DNA from: Alphaproteobacteria bacterium
GTDB taxonomy: Bacteria > Pseudomonadota > Alphaproteobacteria > Bin95
Reading direction: 5' to 3'
Assembly (NCBI GenBank): GCA_964291285.2
Contig: OZ219785.1
Span: 160,001-224,000, forward strand
Length of the DNA: 64,000 nt
The notes under the pieces were generated by a model, which was not told the DNA's origin, did no database searches, and saw nothing but the letters and a program-made list of their open reading frames with translations. Shown piece by piece: positions 19,325 through 30,123 of this stretch. Each line of letters opens with the position of its first letter. Within the stretch, counting starts at the first letter, position 1. Made by a program: the position numbers and the translations under genes.

Positions 19325-19771
19325 TCTGGCGGCAGCCGCCGCTGCGGCCTTGGGACTCGCAGGCTGCGGAGGGGGTGGAAGCTCGCCACAGGCGACAGGC
19401 CCGACCATGGAGCAGCAGCAGCAGATGGCTGCCGACGAGGCTATCAAGATGGCCATGGAGGCGGTTGACGAGCTCAACACGTCTTCGAGTGCTGAGGAGG
19501 TGGCGGCCGCCGATCAGGCGGTTATGGCCGCGAAGGACGCCGTCACGGCCGGCGCCGACCTTTCCGAAGAGGCCGTGACCGCGCTCAACATGCGCATCGC
19601 CGACATCGAGGGCGATCTGGCTCAGGTCAAGGCTGACCTGAAGGCCGTTGCCGACGGGAAGGCCGCGCAGGAGGAGCTGAGAAGGGCCGAGGAAGAAAAG
19701 CGCATGGCCGAAGAGGCGGCGGCGCGTGCCGCCATGGCCGCAAAGGGCAAGGCGCTCTACGGGAAACTTAG

Positions 19772-21785
19772 CCCGACTTCCGCAACTCGGCTTGAGAATC
19801 GACTGATTTGACGGTTTTCCGGCGCGAGAAGTGTCGGATTTCGGTGCAGTACCTCTCGGGACCGGCTTGTAGTGCCGACCTACCCCCTTGATCGGGCTGG
19901 CGAAGATCCGGACGCTGCGCTGATGTTCGTGCGCTGCAAGAGACGCTTCAAGGACGGCAAGGAGCACCGCTACTGGAGCGTTGTGGAGAACGTCCGGGTC
20001 CACGGCGGTCGGGTTGTTCAGCGTCAGGTGCTCTATCTCGGGGAGATCAACGACAGCCAGCGAGCGGCGTGGTGCCGCTCGATCGAGGTGGTGGAGGGCA
20101 AGTCGCGATCACGGCAGATGGCGCTGTTTCCCGAGGACCGGGAGGCGCCGGCGCTGACTTGCGAAGTGGTGAAGATCGACCTCTCGCAGGTGGCGCTTCA
20201 CGACCCGCGCCAGTGGGGGGCGTGCTGGCTGGCGCTGTCCTTGTGGGACCGCCTGGACCTGGACCGCTTCTGGGAAGAGCGGCTGCCGGCGAGCCGGCAA
20301 GGCACGCGGTGGCTGGACATCCTGAAGATCCAGGTCTGCTACCGGCTGATCGACCCGGGCAGCGAGTGGCGCCTTCACCGTCACTGGTATGAGCACAGCG
20401 CGCTTCGCGATCTTCTGGGTGGCGAGCGGGCGATCGCCGACGACACACTCTATCGCTGTCTCGACAAGCTGCTGGCGCACAAGCAGGGCTTCTTCTCGTT
20501 TCTGCGCGACCGCTGGGCGACGCTGTTCGAGGCGCGCTTCGACGTGCTGCTCTACGACCTGACCTCGACCTACTTCGAGAGCGATCCGCCGTTCGATGAC
20601 AAGCGCCGCTTCGGCTACAGCCGGGACAAGCGGCCCGACTGCGTGCAGGTGGTGATCGCCCTGATCGTTACGCCGCAGGGCTTTCCGCTGGCCTATGAGG
20701 TGATGCCGGGCAACACCTCCGACGACACCACGCTGGCGGCGTTCCTCAAGAAGATCGAGGATCAGTATGGCCGCTCCGAGCGGGTGTGGATCATGGACCG
20801 CGGCATCCCCACCGAGGAGACGCTGGCCGCGATGCGCGAGGGCGAGGCGCCGGTGCGCTACCTGGTGGGCACGCCCAAGGGCCGGCTGACGCGGCTCGAG
20901 AAGGTGTTCCTGGGCCTGCCCTGGCAGGAGGTGCGCCAGTCCGTGACTGTCAAGCTTCTGGTCGAGGATGGCGAGCTCTACGTCCTGGTGCGCAGCGAGG
21001 GGCGGCAGGTGAAGGAACGCGGCATGCGCCGGCGCCGGCTGAAGAGGCTGTGGCGTCGATTGGCCGAGTTGCAAGGGCAGTCGAACAGCCGGGATCAGTT
21101 GTTGCTCAAGCTCGGCGCCGCCAGGAAGGAGGCCGGCCGGGCCTGGAGCCTGGTCGACATCACCGTGCCCGGGACCGACAGCGAACTCGCCGCCAACGGC
21201 TTCTCATTCCGCCTGCAGCGCGACCGGCTGCGCCAGGTCCGCCGCCGCGAGGGCCGTTACCTGCTGCGATCCAACATGGTCGCCGAAGACCCCGCCACGC
21301 TGTGGCATCTGTACATGCAGCTCGTCGAGATCGAGCAGGCGTTCAAGGAACTCAAGCACGACCTCGCGATCCGCCCCATCTTCCATCAGCGCCAAGAGCG
21401 CATCGAGGCGCATATCTTCGTCTCGTTCATCGCCTACTGCCTGCTGGTGACCCTGAAGAACCTCGCCCGGCCGCGCGCCCCGGGCCTCACCCCACGCGCC
21501 ATCCTTGAGGCCTTCGCCACCATCCAGATGGTGGACGTCCATCTGCCAACCACCGACGGCCGGCACCTCGTCCTGCCGCGCCACACCCGGCCGAACAAGG
21601 AGCACGAGCTACTGCTGCAACAGCTCGGCATGACCTGGCCGCAGCAACCCGCACCCCGGATCTCCGCCTGACGGCACACGGCGCCGCCTCTCCGTTCGCC
21701 GCCTTGTAGTGCCGACCCTCGGGGAGACGATCAAGGCTATTCAATGAGTTAGCATCCTCATGACCCCCGAGTTGCGGAAGTCGGG
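19772..21785 (+). mobile_element. IS1634-family insertion sequence, 2014 bp
   Basis: Perfect 19-bp TIR CCCGACTTCCGCAACTCGG; TTAG duplicated at 19768-19771 and 21786-21789; internal repeat CTTGTAGTGCCGACC near both ends. Confidence 0.93.
19872..21671 (+). CDS. IS1634-family DDE transposase
   Basis: LYDLTSTYFE, IMDRG, IEQAFKELK, RPIFH...RIEAH. Confidence 0.92.
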   Translation: MPTYPLDRAGEDPDAALMFVRCKRRFKDGKEHRYWSVVENVRVHGGRVVQRQVLYLGEINDSQRAAWCRSIEVVEGKSRSRQMALFPEDREAPALTCEVVKIDLSQVALHDPRQWGACWLALSLWDRLDLDRFWEERLPASRQGTRWLDILKIQVCYRLIDPGSEWRLHRHWYEHSALRDLLGGERAIADDTLYRCLDKLLAHKQGFFSFLRDRWATLFEARFDVLLYDLTSTYFESDPPFDDKRRFGYSRDKRPDCVQVVIALIVTPQGFPLAYEVMPGNTSDDTTLAAFLKKIEDQYGRSERVWIMDRGIPTEETLAAMREGEAPVRYLVGTPKGRLTRLEKVFLGLPWQEVRQSVTVKLLVEDGELYVLVRSEGRQVKERGMRRRRLKRLWRRLAELQGQSNSRDQLLLKLGAARKEAGRAWSLVDITVPGTDSELAANGFSFRLQRDRLRQVRRREGRYLLRSNMVAEDPATLWHLYMQLVEIEQAFKELKHDLAIRPIFHQRQERIEAHIFVSFIAYCLLVTLKNLARPRAPGLTPRAILEAFATIQMVDVHLPTTDGRHLVLPRHTRPNKEHELLLQQLGMTWPQQPAPRISA

Positions 21786-23118
21786 TTAGTCGTGCCGGCT
21801 CGTTCAAGGTGGCCGACATAATGGCCGACGGCAAGATCAGCATTGAAGGAACGCTCTCGCCCGCTTTGGAAGGCTCCGACACCAGCCTGACCGATCTCAA
21901 AAAGCAGGATGCCGCCGTTGCCGCCATCGGCGGTTGGAGCGGCGCGGACTATATGAAGACCACCGGGTCGGGCCATAACAAGGTCACGGCAACGGCGCGG
22001 GTCTATTCAAACGCGGGAAGCGCCACGTCAAAACCGTTCACGCACAAGGACAATCCCTCCGGCCTGAATGTGCCTGCATCGGGGAACGCCTATGGCGGAT
22101 CGAGCGGAAGCAATGGTATCGAGCTTACCAACACGGCGGCGGCCGAGCACATTGATGGCGCTTCATTTCCGGAAGGGGGCCTGATGAGCTATCCCGAGGG
22201 CGAACGCAAATTCGCGGGCACCTACAAGGGAGCCTCCGGCACCTATATGTGTTCGGGCGCTACCTGCACGGCTGCGCCGGTAAACAGCGGCGGCTTTACC
22301 CTCGTCGGTGCTTGGACCTTCACCCCGGCGGCGGACGCGATGGTGCAGCAGGAGGACACGACATATCTGTACTTCGGATGGTGGCTGCGCGAAGACGATC
22401 ACGGTCCGACCCACGCCGGCGTGTCCTATCGGATGATCGCCCCTTCAACGGCGCCGGTCCCCGTGACCGATGTCACCACCCTTACGGGAACCGCAGACTA
22501 CGCGGGCAAGGCAGTCGGCAAATTCGCCATCAACAATCCGCTCGGCAGCGACAGCGATGCGGGCCATTTCACTGCCGATGCCATGTTGAAAGCCACGTTC
22601 GGGCCGACCTCAACGGACGACAACAAGATCGGCCTCACCGGAAGGATTGATGGCTTCCGGCTGAACGATGGCGACGTCGATCCGGGCTGGAGCCTGGACT
22701 TGAAAAGGGCCAGAGCTACTGCCGCCGGATACAGTCTTAACGGCGGGAGTGCCACCCACGACTCCGCCAGAGATGACTCTCAAATCAAAGGCACAGCCGT
22801 TGAATGGTCCATCGGCGGAACGGCGTCACCAGGGCAAACCGGAGCATGGCAAGCCCATCTGTATGACGACAACGCCAAGGACAACAGCACTGTGCCGACC
22901 GTCGCCGGCGGCAGCTTCATGGCCGGTTTCGGCGGGACTCACGAAATGGTCGGAGCCTTCGGCGCAGAGAAGCAGGACTAACGCCTGACGGAACGGGCGG
23001 TTGCGGAAACCACGGGTCGTAATCCCGGCCCTCCTTTCGCCGCAGCCGCCCTGCCCCGGTCTCCCAGCCGGGGCTCGGGGTCGGCGTCAGTGTTGCCAGT
23101 GGCACCGCCCCACTCTCA

Positions 23119-23150
23119 CCCGGCGGGGTCCGCCCCGCCGGGTTTTCTTT
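23119..23150 (+). terminator. Rho-independent terminator
   Basis: CCCGGCGGGG-TCCG-CCCCGCCGGG followed by TTTTCTTT. Confidence 0.8.
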
Positions 23151-23176
23151 ACCTGCCGCAGAAAGAAATCGGGACC

Positions 23177-23344
23177 ATGGATGAACACGAAAGAGAGGCC
23201 TGGGATCGGTTTGCGGCCCATGCCGTCGCCGGCATTCTGGCTGGCCGCCCTCTGGGGTTCGAGGTGCCCGAACAGCAGATTGCCAACAGGGCGGCGGTGA
23301 TTGCCGACGCCCTCCTGGAGGAGCGCCGGGAGCGCTCGCAATAA
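23177..23344 (+). CDS. 55-aa hypothetical protein
   Basis: ATG 23177; WDRFAAHAVAGILA...AAVIADALLEER; ends 10 nt before the Slam start. Confidence 0.55.
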   Translation: MDEHEREAWDRFAAHAVAGILAGRPLGFEVPEQQIANRAAVIADALLEERRERSQ

Positions 23345-23354
23345 GGGGAGCGCC

Positions 23355-24650
23355 GTGACCCGCCTGCTCTACTCCGTGCTCATCCTCGGCGCGGCCCTGC
23401 TCGTCTTCGCTACCGTCGCTCACGGGCAGGCCGCTCGTAACGATGGCGCCGCGCCGAATGCCGCAAACGACGACATCGCCGCCCGCTTCGAGGCCGGCAT
23501 GGCCGCCATGACGGACGGCGCACGCCTGCCGGAGGCCGAGCGCGAGGCGAAGCTGGACGGGGCGATCGCGCTGTTCCGCTCGATCCTGGTGGACGACCCC
23601 GCGCTGGTGCGCGTGCGGCTGGAGCTGGCCCGCGCGTTCTTCCTGAAGGGCGAGGACACGCTTGCCCGCCGACATTTCCGCCTTGTGCTGGCCGGCAAGC
23701 CGCCCGAGGCCGTCGCCGCCAACATCGCCCGCTTCCTGCGCATCATGCGCGCGCGCCGGCGCTGGAGCGCGTATTTCGGTGCGGCGCTCGCGCCCGACAG
23801 CAACCTCAACGCCGCCTCGGGCACGCGGACCATCTGGCTCGACTTCGCGGGGCAGCGCCTGCCCTTCCAGCGCCAGGGCGACATCGGGGCCCGGTCCGGC
23901 GTCGGCGTTTCGGCCTGGGGCGGCGGCGAATACCAGTATCCGCTTTCGCCGGTCCTTCGCCTTCGCGCCGGGGCGGGGGCCTCGGTCCGCGAATACAAGG
24001 GCCGGGATTTCGACCGGCGGTCCGCCCATGCCCATATCGGCCCGCGCCGGCTGCTCGGCCCGCGCAGCGAAGCGAGCCTGCTGGCCACGGTCAGCCGGCA
24101 ATGGAGCGCCGGTGTGCCCGACACGGACGAATTCGGCGTCCGCCTCGAAGGCGAACACCGGCTGACGCCGCGCCTGGCGCTCGACGGCCGCGCGGGACTG
24201 CGCCGGCGCAATGTGCGGGACCGCGACTGGCTGGACGGCCCGGTAGGCGAGGTCGGGATCGGCGCGTCCTGGGTGGCGCTCTCGGTGCTGCGGCTGGACG
24301 CGCGGGCCGAACACCACTGGAGCCGGGCGAACAGCGAGCACTGGCGCACGCGCGGCCCGAGCGCGAGCCTCGGCGCGAGCCTGGCGCTGCCGGCGGGCTT
24401 CACCCTGGGTGCGCGCGCGGCCATGCAGTGGACGGACTATGGCGGCAGCGGCGCCGCTCACCACACCATCGACGGCGAGCCGCGCGAGGACCGCACGACG
24501 ACGCTCTCGCTCTCGGTCCACAACCGCGCGGTGACGGTGCTCGGGTTCAGCCCGCGCCTGTCGCTGGTCCGCGAGGAGCGCAAGACCAACGCCCAGACCC
24601 TCGACTACGACCGCAACCGCGCGGAGCTCAGCTTCGTAAGGCAGTTTTGA
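23355..24650 (+). CDS. Surface lipoprotein assembly modifier (Slam / DUF560, type XI secretion translocon)
   Basis: Signal peptide, TPR-like RVRLELARAFFL, APDSNLN motif, amphipathic strands, terminal RQF; flanked by TbpB-like lipoproteins. Confidence 0.85.
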   Translation: MTRLLYSVLILGAALLVFATVAHGQAARNDGAAPNAANDDIAARFEAGMAAMTDGARLPEAEREAKLDGAIALFRSILVDDPALVRVRLELARAFFLKGEDTLARRHFRLVLAGKPPEAVAANIARFLRIMRARRRWSAYFGAALAPDSNLNAASGTRTIWLDFAGQRLPFQRQGDIGARSGVGVSAWGGGEYQYPLSPVLRLRAGAGASVREYKGRDFDRRSAHAHIGPRRLLGPRSEASLLATVSRQWSAGVPDTDEFGVRLEGEHRLTPRLALDGRAGLRRRNVRDRDWLDGPVGEVGIGASWVALSVLRLDARAEHHWSRANSEHWRTRGPSASLGASLALPAGFTLGARAAMQWTDYGGSGAAHHTIDGEPREDRTTTLSLSVHNRAVTVLGFSPRLSLVREERKTNAQTLDYDRNRAELSFVRQF

Positions 24651-24667
24651 GAGGAGGTCCTGGCGAC

Positions 24668-26173
24668 ATGCACGCATGCAGAAACCTGATGGTCATCTGG
24701 ACGGCGGTTCTGGTTCTGGGACTGGCGGCCTGCGGCGGCGGCGGCGGCAGCTCGCCGTCGCCGGCGGCAAAGGCTGCTGCCAAGCAACAGGCGGAGGTCA
24801 GCCGGGCTATCCAGGACGCGACGAAGGCGGTCCTGGAGCTGGGCGACAGCGCGACCGAAGCGGACTTCGAGGCCGCCGGGGCCGCAATCGAGACGGCGAG
24901 GAAGGCGCTGGAAGGTGCCGACGCCCTGTCCGACTCCGTAAAGGACGAGCTGTCCGCCGAGATTTCGTTGCTCGAAACGAACCTCGCGAGTGCGAAGAGG
25001 CGCGTTGAGGATGCCCGCCGGGAGCGGCGGCGGCGGACTGCGGAAGAGGCCAGGAAGCTGACGGCGGCGATGTCCGGGACCCGGATAACCGGAATCGGGG
25101 CCGTGCTGGCGTACGGCGAGGCCCCGCGCATGTCGGGAACGATGCCGGGCAGCCCGGCGACAGCGGTCACAGGGTTGGAAACCGCAGCTGCCGGCGGCGC
25201 ATCGACGGTGAGCGGCTGGAAGCGGGGCCGCTACACGGCGACCGGGGAAACGACTGCGGACACGGTAACGCTCTACACCAACATTGCCCCTCCGGGCAGC
25301 CGCCCGTTCAGCGGCGAGAACGGTAAATACAGTGCCGACAACGGGCTGGACGACGAAGGCAACCTGCCGATTGGGGAAAGCACTGACACGACGCTGATCG
25401 TCTCTTCCGGGTTCCCCGACGGGCCGGGGCTGCGGCCCCATGAGCCCGGTGCGGGTGGAACGGTGCTGGTGCCGGGCAGCTTCGACGGCGCGCCGGGCAC
25501 CTTTGTCTGCGCGCCGGCACAGGGAAGCACCTGCACGTCCTCGATTAGGGATGGCGGGGGCTACACCTTGACCGGCGGCGACTGGAAGTTCGTGCCGGCG
25601 GACGGTGCCCGGGTTCCGGAACCGGACGGGGAATACCAGTATTTCGGGTGGTGGCTTCGGGAGGCGGCCGGCGTCTATGCCCTCGGCGCCTTCCATGCCG
25701 GCGCGGGCGGTGCGGTAGACGAATTTGCCGATCTCGCGGAGCTGCAGGGCACGGCGACCTATCGCGGCCCTGCGGTCGGCAAATTCGCAATCCAGCGGCC
25801 GCTCGGCGAGGTGGAGGCAGGCGACTTCACCGCCACGGCAACACTGGAAGTGGATTTCGGGGACAGCGCCGCTCCCGGCACCGTCGAGGGCGAGGTCGGC
25901 GACTTCATGGTCGGCGGCGTGGCGCAGGACTGGTCGGTCGAGCTCGGGTCGGCGGCGATCAGCACGCATGGTGCGATCTTCTCGAACCAGACCGACACGG
26001 CGCTCACCCGATGGACCATGGCGGGAACGGAGGCCGAGACGACAGCGACATGGAGCGGCCAGTTCCACGACACCGACCTGGACAAGACCCCGGTTGTCGC
26101 AACCGGCAGGTTTGACGCCGTGCACGGCACCATCGGCCGCATGACCGGCGCCTTCGGAACCACCAAGCGGTAA
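24668..26173 (+). CDS. TbpB-like surface lipoprotein with N-terminal helical region
   Basis: Lipobox LAAC plus poly-Gly; YQYFGWWL, GTATYRGPAVGKFAI, FTATATLEVDFG, GAFG. Confidence 0.82.
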   Translation: MHACRNLMVIWTAVLVLGLAACGGGGGSSPSPAAKAAAKQQAEVSRAIQDATKAVLELGDSATEADFEAAGAAIETARKALEGADALSDSVKDELSAEISLLETNLASAKRRVEDARRERRRRTAEEARKLTAAMSGTRITGIGAVLAYGEAPRMSGTMPGSPATAVTGLETAAAGGASTVSGWKRGRYTATGETTADTVTLYTNIAPPGSRPFSGENGKYSADNGLDDEGNLPIGESTDTTLIVSSGFPDGPGLRPHEPGAGGTVLVPGSFDGAPGTFVCAPAQGSTCTSSIRDGGGYTLTGGDWKFVPADGARVPEPDGEYQYFGWWLREAAGVYALGAFHAGAGGAVDEFADLAELQGTATYRGPAVGKFAIQRPLGEVEAGDFTATATLEVDFGDSAAPGTVEGEVGDFMVGGVAQDWSVELGSAAISTHGAIFSNQTDTALTRWTMAGTEAETTATWSGQFHDTDLDKTPVVATGRFDAVHGTIGRMTGAFGTTKR

Positions 26174-26304
26174 ACGGAGCGTGATCGCGCGGCAGGGCGG
26201 CAATCGTCCGGCAGCAGTGCCGGCGACGGCTCGGGCATGGCCGCTCCCGCCCGGCAAAGGTGCAGCCAGCCAGCCGGAAGACCGAAGGACCTGGCAAGAG
26301 GCAG

Positions 26305-27458
26305 TCAGGGAAAGGCTGTATCCATGACCCGCGACATCACGGTACCGACGCGCTCCGCAGCGGCCTCGATGTCGCGGTCCGCCAGATGGGCATCGCGCAG
26401 CGTCATCCGCACATTGGAGTGGCCAAGCAGGCGGGAGACGACCGGCACCGGAACGCCGTTCATGACCGCGTGGCTGGCGACCCCGTGTCGAAGATCGTGG
26501 AGGCGGACGTCCCCGATTCCGGCCTCCCGGCGAACCCGATACCAAAGTCCAAGTTCAGCATTGCGCGGCCTGGCGGGATCGGACGGCGAAGGAAACACGA
26601 AGGGGCTGTGGCTGCGGGGCTGGCGTTCGAGAATACGGCGGGCCTGGCTGTTGATGGGAACCTTTCTCGGACCCGTCTTGCTGTCGCCCAGGGCCAGCAT
26701 GTCGTCCTGTATCTCGGTCCAGCGCAGATTGACGATCTCACCCCTGCGGCAACCGGTGAGCAGAAGCAGCCGGATGATGTCGGCCTGTTGCTTGTCGCTC
26801 TCGCGGGTCTGCCTGTCGAGAGCCTCGTGCAGGCGGGCAATTTCCCCCCGCGACAGGAACCGGGTGAGCGCCGGGCGGCGGTTCCGTTTGAGGCCCTTGG
26901 TGGGATTGCTCTTTGCGTGACCGCAGGCTACGGCGAAATTCATGATCTGCCGCAGCATCTCAAGCGTGCGATTGGCCCCGCCCGGAGCGGTTCGGCTGTA
27001 CCGCTCGAACCAGCGCCTTACCTCTGCCGAGGTTATGCGGTCCAGAGGTTTCGTTCCGAACGCCGGAAGCAGCCGGGTGTTGAGACGGTAGGAGGCGGAA
27101 CGCCGGGTTGACGGCTTGTAGCAGTCGAAATGGGTTTCCTTCCAGGGTCCAGCGACGAAGTCCCGGAGAAGAGGAACTACGGGCGCCGGTGCCGCGGTTT
27201 CCTCCGGCTCCAGCGTCGCCCGGCGGGATTGCATTCCCGGCGGGCCTCGTCGACGGTTTTCGTGGAGACCGGGCCGAGCGACATGCGCTTCGAACGTCTG
27301 CCGGAGTCCTGCAGCAGAACCCAGCTTTGCCCGCCGGAAGGCCGGACCCGGACCCCGAGGCCGGGCACGCGGCTGTCCCAGACGGTATATTCCCGCTCGC
27401 GGGGACGGAGACGGACGATAGCGGCGTCGGTGAGATTCATGCGTTCCCTGGCGGCCAT
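26305..27458 (-). pseudogene. Tyrosine recombinase IntB, copy 1 (inactivated)
   Basis: Split over ORFs 27177-27458 and 26305-27234 by a frameshift; catalytic TLRYAH reads TLRDAH. Confidence 0.9.
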
Positions 27459-27461
27459 GGG

Positions 27462-27650
27462 TCAGCTTCCTCCCAGCACGGCGCCGACCGTCTCGGCGGC
27501 GTCCCGGATCATGGCGTCAGCGGCATGCGTGTATTTCAGCGTCGTTTCCGGCTTTCGATGGCCGAGCAGCCTGCCGATAGCGAGCACTGTCTCACCCTGC
27601 CGGAGCGCCAGGCTCGCATGCGTGTGACGCAGGTCATGGAGGTGGACGTC
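27462..27650 (-). pseudogene. C-terminal remnant of tyrosine recombinase IntA, copy 1
   Basis: HDLR..HASLALRQGETVLAIGRLLGHRKPETTLKY, homologous to the IntA C-termini at 40715 and 45512. Confidence 0.85.
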
Positions 27651-28068
27651 CTTGATGTCGGCTCTTCACCTCCGCATTCGATACCAGAGCGACAGTTCCG
27701 GACTGCGCGGTCGAAACGGATCCCGTGGTGAGGAATGGCCATCACCGATTGCGAAATCCCGATAGAGATGGCATCTTGACGCTCCGCAGGACGCTGCCAT
27801 GCCAATACCACTAGGTGCATAACACGTACACATGCTCCGTTTCTATCCACCCTCACGGCCATGCTGCTCCTCCCTGTCATGGAGTAGAGAGACTGGTATC
27901 CAGCCGCTTCAGGACTCACGACCCATTTGCAAGGCCCATCCTACCCTTAGCCAAGTCTCTAGCTATCTTTAGGAGCCAACCCAACAAGTCCCCCACACTG
28001 CCGCGCAAACCTCACTGACCTGACATCCCATGCGTTCTTGCTGGCCCTTGCTTCTGGTTTTTTTTCTA

Positions 28069-28394
28069 GGCCGTGGACTCATAAGCGCGTAGCCAGAGCC
28101 TGACAGTAGCGATCTTGATCATGGCGAGGAAGTTGGCCGCGAGCTTTTCGTATCGGGTGGCGATGCGGCGGAACTGCTTGAGTTTGTTGAAGGCGCGTTC
28201 GATCCGGTTTCGCAATTTATACAAGGGTTTGGAGAAAGCGTGCCTGGTCTTCGCGCCTTCGCGGTCGGGGATGATCGGGACGGCATCGTGTTGCTCGATC
28301 AGGTCACGGATCCATTTGGCGTCATAGGCCTTGTCGGCGATGAGGAAACTGTCGGGCGGCAGGGTCGCCAGCATGGCACCGGCGGCCGTGGTGT
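28069..28394 (-). mobile_element. 3' half of a split IS5-family (IS427-like) element
   Basis: TTAAGAMLATL...ADKAYDA...YKLRNRIERAFNKLKQFRRIATRYEK; end GGCCGTGGACTCATAAG preceded by TA. Confidence 0.9.
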
Positions 28395-28775
28395 AACACG
28401 AAGCAACCAATTTTGACGATTGTTTCATGTTTTGGGAAGCGCCGTCCTTCTCTCGTGTACGGCAACGGATACAGGGGCTTGGAGCACATGTCAAGGGGGT
28501 TGCCGGAAAGCCATACGAAGCAATCGTGGATGTGGCGGGAGCCCGTTGGTTGAATCCGGGGAACTGAAACTGCATTGCAGAATCCGTGGATACGCGCGTG
28601 GATCGCTGCCGGAACATGCTGGTCCGTAGAGATATCCGGGATAGGCATGGCGATCCGCCGAATCATGGCAAATGACGATGCCTGTTGTCTACCAGGGGTA
28701 TTCTGTCTGGAAATACGGAATGATTGTTAGGCAATTCGGGGGCGCCCGGGGCGCCAGACGGGAAGCGCCCGCGCC

Positions 28776-29383
28776 TCACCGGCTCCATGGCGGCGGTCCC
28801 TCGGCGCTCCAGTGCGGCGCGGGGTCGGTCGGCCATTTCTCCCAGGGCGGACAGAGGTATGCGGCGGTGACGTCCTGCGTGTCGGGCACGGGACAGTCGG
28901 GGCCGTCGGTGAGGAACGGGACCTGGCATGTGAAGGAACTGCTCGTCTTGCGCGCCTCGTTGATGCACCAGATGACGGCGCCGCCATACTTGTTCCAGAC
29001 ATGGGCGCGCCAGGGCCACACGCGGCTGAACAGCTCGTCCTGCATACGGGTCGGGGAGACGTATGCGCCGGTGACGAGGACGGCGATGGCAAGCGTGACG
29101 GCCGCCGCCCATGTGAGGTTGATCCTGATGCGGGTCCGGGAGCGTTCGCGGCGGCGGGCGGTTTCCTGGAGGAGGTATGCCCGGTCCACGCTCAAGGGCT
29201 GCCGGCGGGCCGGCGGCGCTTGCCCGGACCCGGCTGCCGGCCGGTTCGCGGGCGTCGGCTTCACCGGCGGCGGTGCGGCGGCCGGGGCCGGAGGGGATTC
29301 GGGAGCCGGGGCGGGGGATCGTTCCGGCGGGCCAGATCGGCCCTGAGGCGGTCGAGGGCGGTTTCGGGCGGTCTGTCGGTCAC
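28776..29383 (-). CDS. Hypothetical bitopic membrane protein (Pro-rich linker, TM helix, Cys/Trp-rich C-terminus); 5' end uncertain, possibly frameshifted
   Basis: TM WAAAVTLAIAVLVTGAYV; WRAHVWNKYG...WC...C; the plausible start (GTG, MTDRPPETALDRLR) is in another frame. Confidence 0.5.
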
Positions 29384-29447
29384 GGGCTGTCCCCCTGCGG
29401 CGGCGCGGCCGCGACCATACAGGCGATGGCGGGAGAGGACGAAGCTC

Positions 29448-29777
29448 ATGACGAGGGACAGGGAGGACCGGCGGCGCCAGCGCGCGGTCACGTTGACCGA
29501 CAGCGAGTGGCGCCGGCTGAAGGCGCGGGCGGACGAAGCGGGCATGCCGGTGTCGCGCTTCATCGTCCACCGGCTTGCGGAGGAGGACCCGGGTCCGCCG
29601 CCGGACCGGGGGCCGGGCGGGCTGCCGGCGGTGGTCTGGGGGCGGGTGGCGCGCGAGGTGCTGCTGCTCGGCCGGCTGGAGGAGGAGAGGCTGGCGGCCG
29701 CGCGCCTCTCGGAGGAGCGCGGCGCGCTCGCCGCCGAAGTGGAGACATGGCTCGCCCGGCAGGAGGAACTGGCGTGA
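29448..29777 (+). CDS. Ribbon-helix-helix (MobC/NikA-like) protein 1
   Basis: QRAVTLTDSEWRRLKARADEAGMPVSRFIV. Confidence 0.75.
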   Translation: MTRDREDRRRQRAVTLTDSEWRRLKARADEAGMPVSRFIVHRLAEEDPGPPPDRGPGGLPAVVWGRVAREVLLLGRLEEERLAAARLSEERGALAAEVETWLARQEELA

Positions 29778-29802
29778 GCGCGCCATACCGGGGGAGGTTG
29801 TC

Positions 29803-30123
29803 ATGAAGCAGGCGAAGTCGCGCTGCCTCTATCCGACGCCGGCGCAGTGGTCGCGTATCCAGGCGCGGGCGAAGGCGGCGGGCATGAAGGTCTCGCCGTT
29901 CCTGGTGGCGTGCGCGCTGAAGCGCGAGGCCGGGGGGCGGGCGGGCGAGCCTCTGGTGCTGACGGCGGAGGAACAGCGGGAGCTGTTCGACCGGGTGGCG
30001 CGGCTCGACCTTTGCAGCCGGACCATGCTGGCGCCGCTGCCGGGCATGGACATGGCGGCGTTCGAGGCGGTTGCGTTGCTCTGCCGGCTGTTCGCGCCCG
30101 AAGACCCGGGAGAGGCGCCGTGA
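29803..30123 (+). CDS. Ribbon-helix-helix protein 2
   Basis: RBS GGAGG; LYPTPAQWSRIQARAKAAGMKVSPFLVACAL...EEQRELFDRVAR. Confidence 0.72.
   Translation: MKQAKSRCLYPTPAQWSRIQARAKAAGMKVSPFLVACALKREAGGRAGEPLVLTAEEQRELFDRVARLDLCSRTMLAPLPGMDMAAFEAVALLCRLFAPEDPGEAP

Larger units (their letters stand above)
19302..22981 (+). pseudogene. TbpB-like surface lipoprotein interrupted by IS1634
   Basis: Lipobox LAGC; removing 19772-21789 restores the frame LYGKL|SRAGSFKVADIM...; C-terminal part has YLYFGWWL, FTADAMLKATFG, GAFG. Confidence 0.88.
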
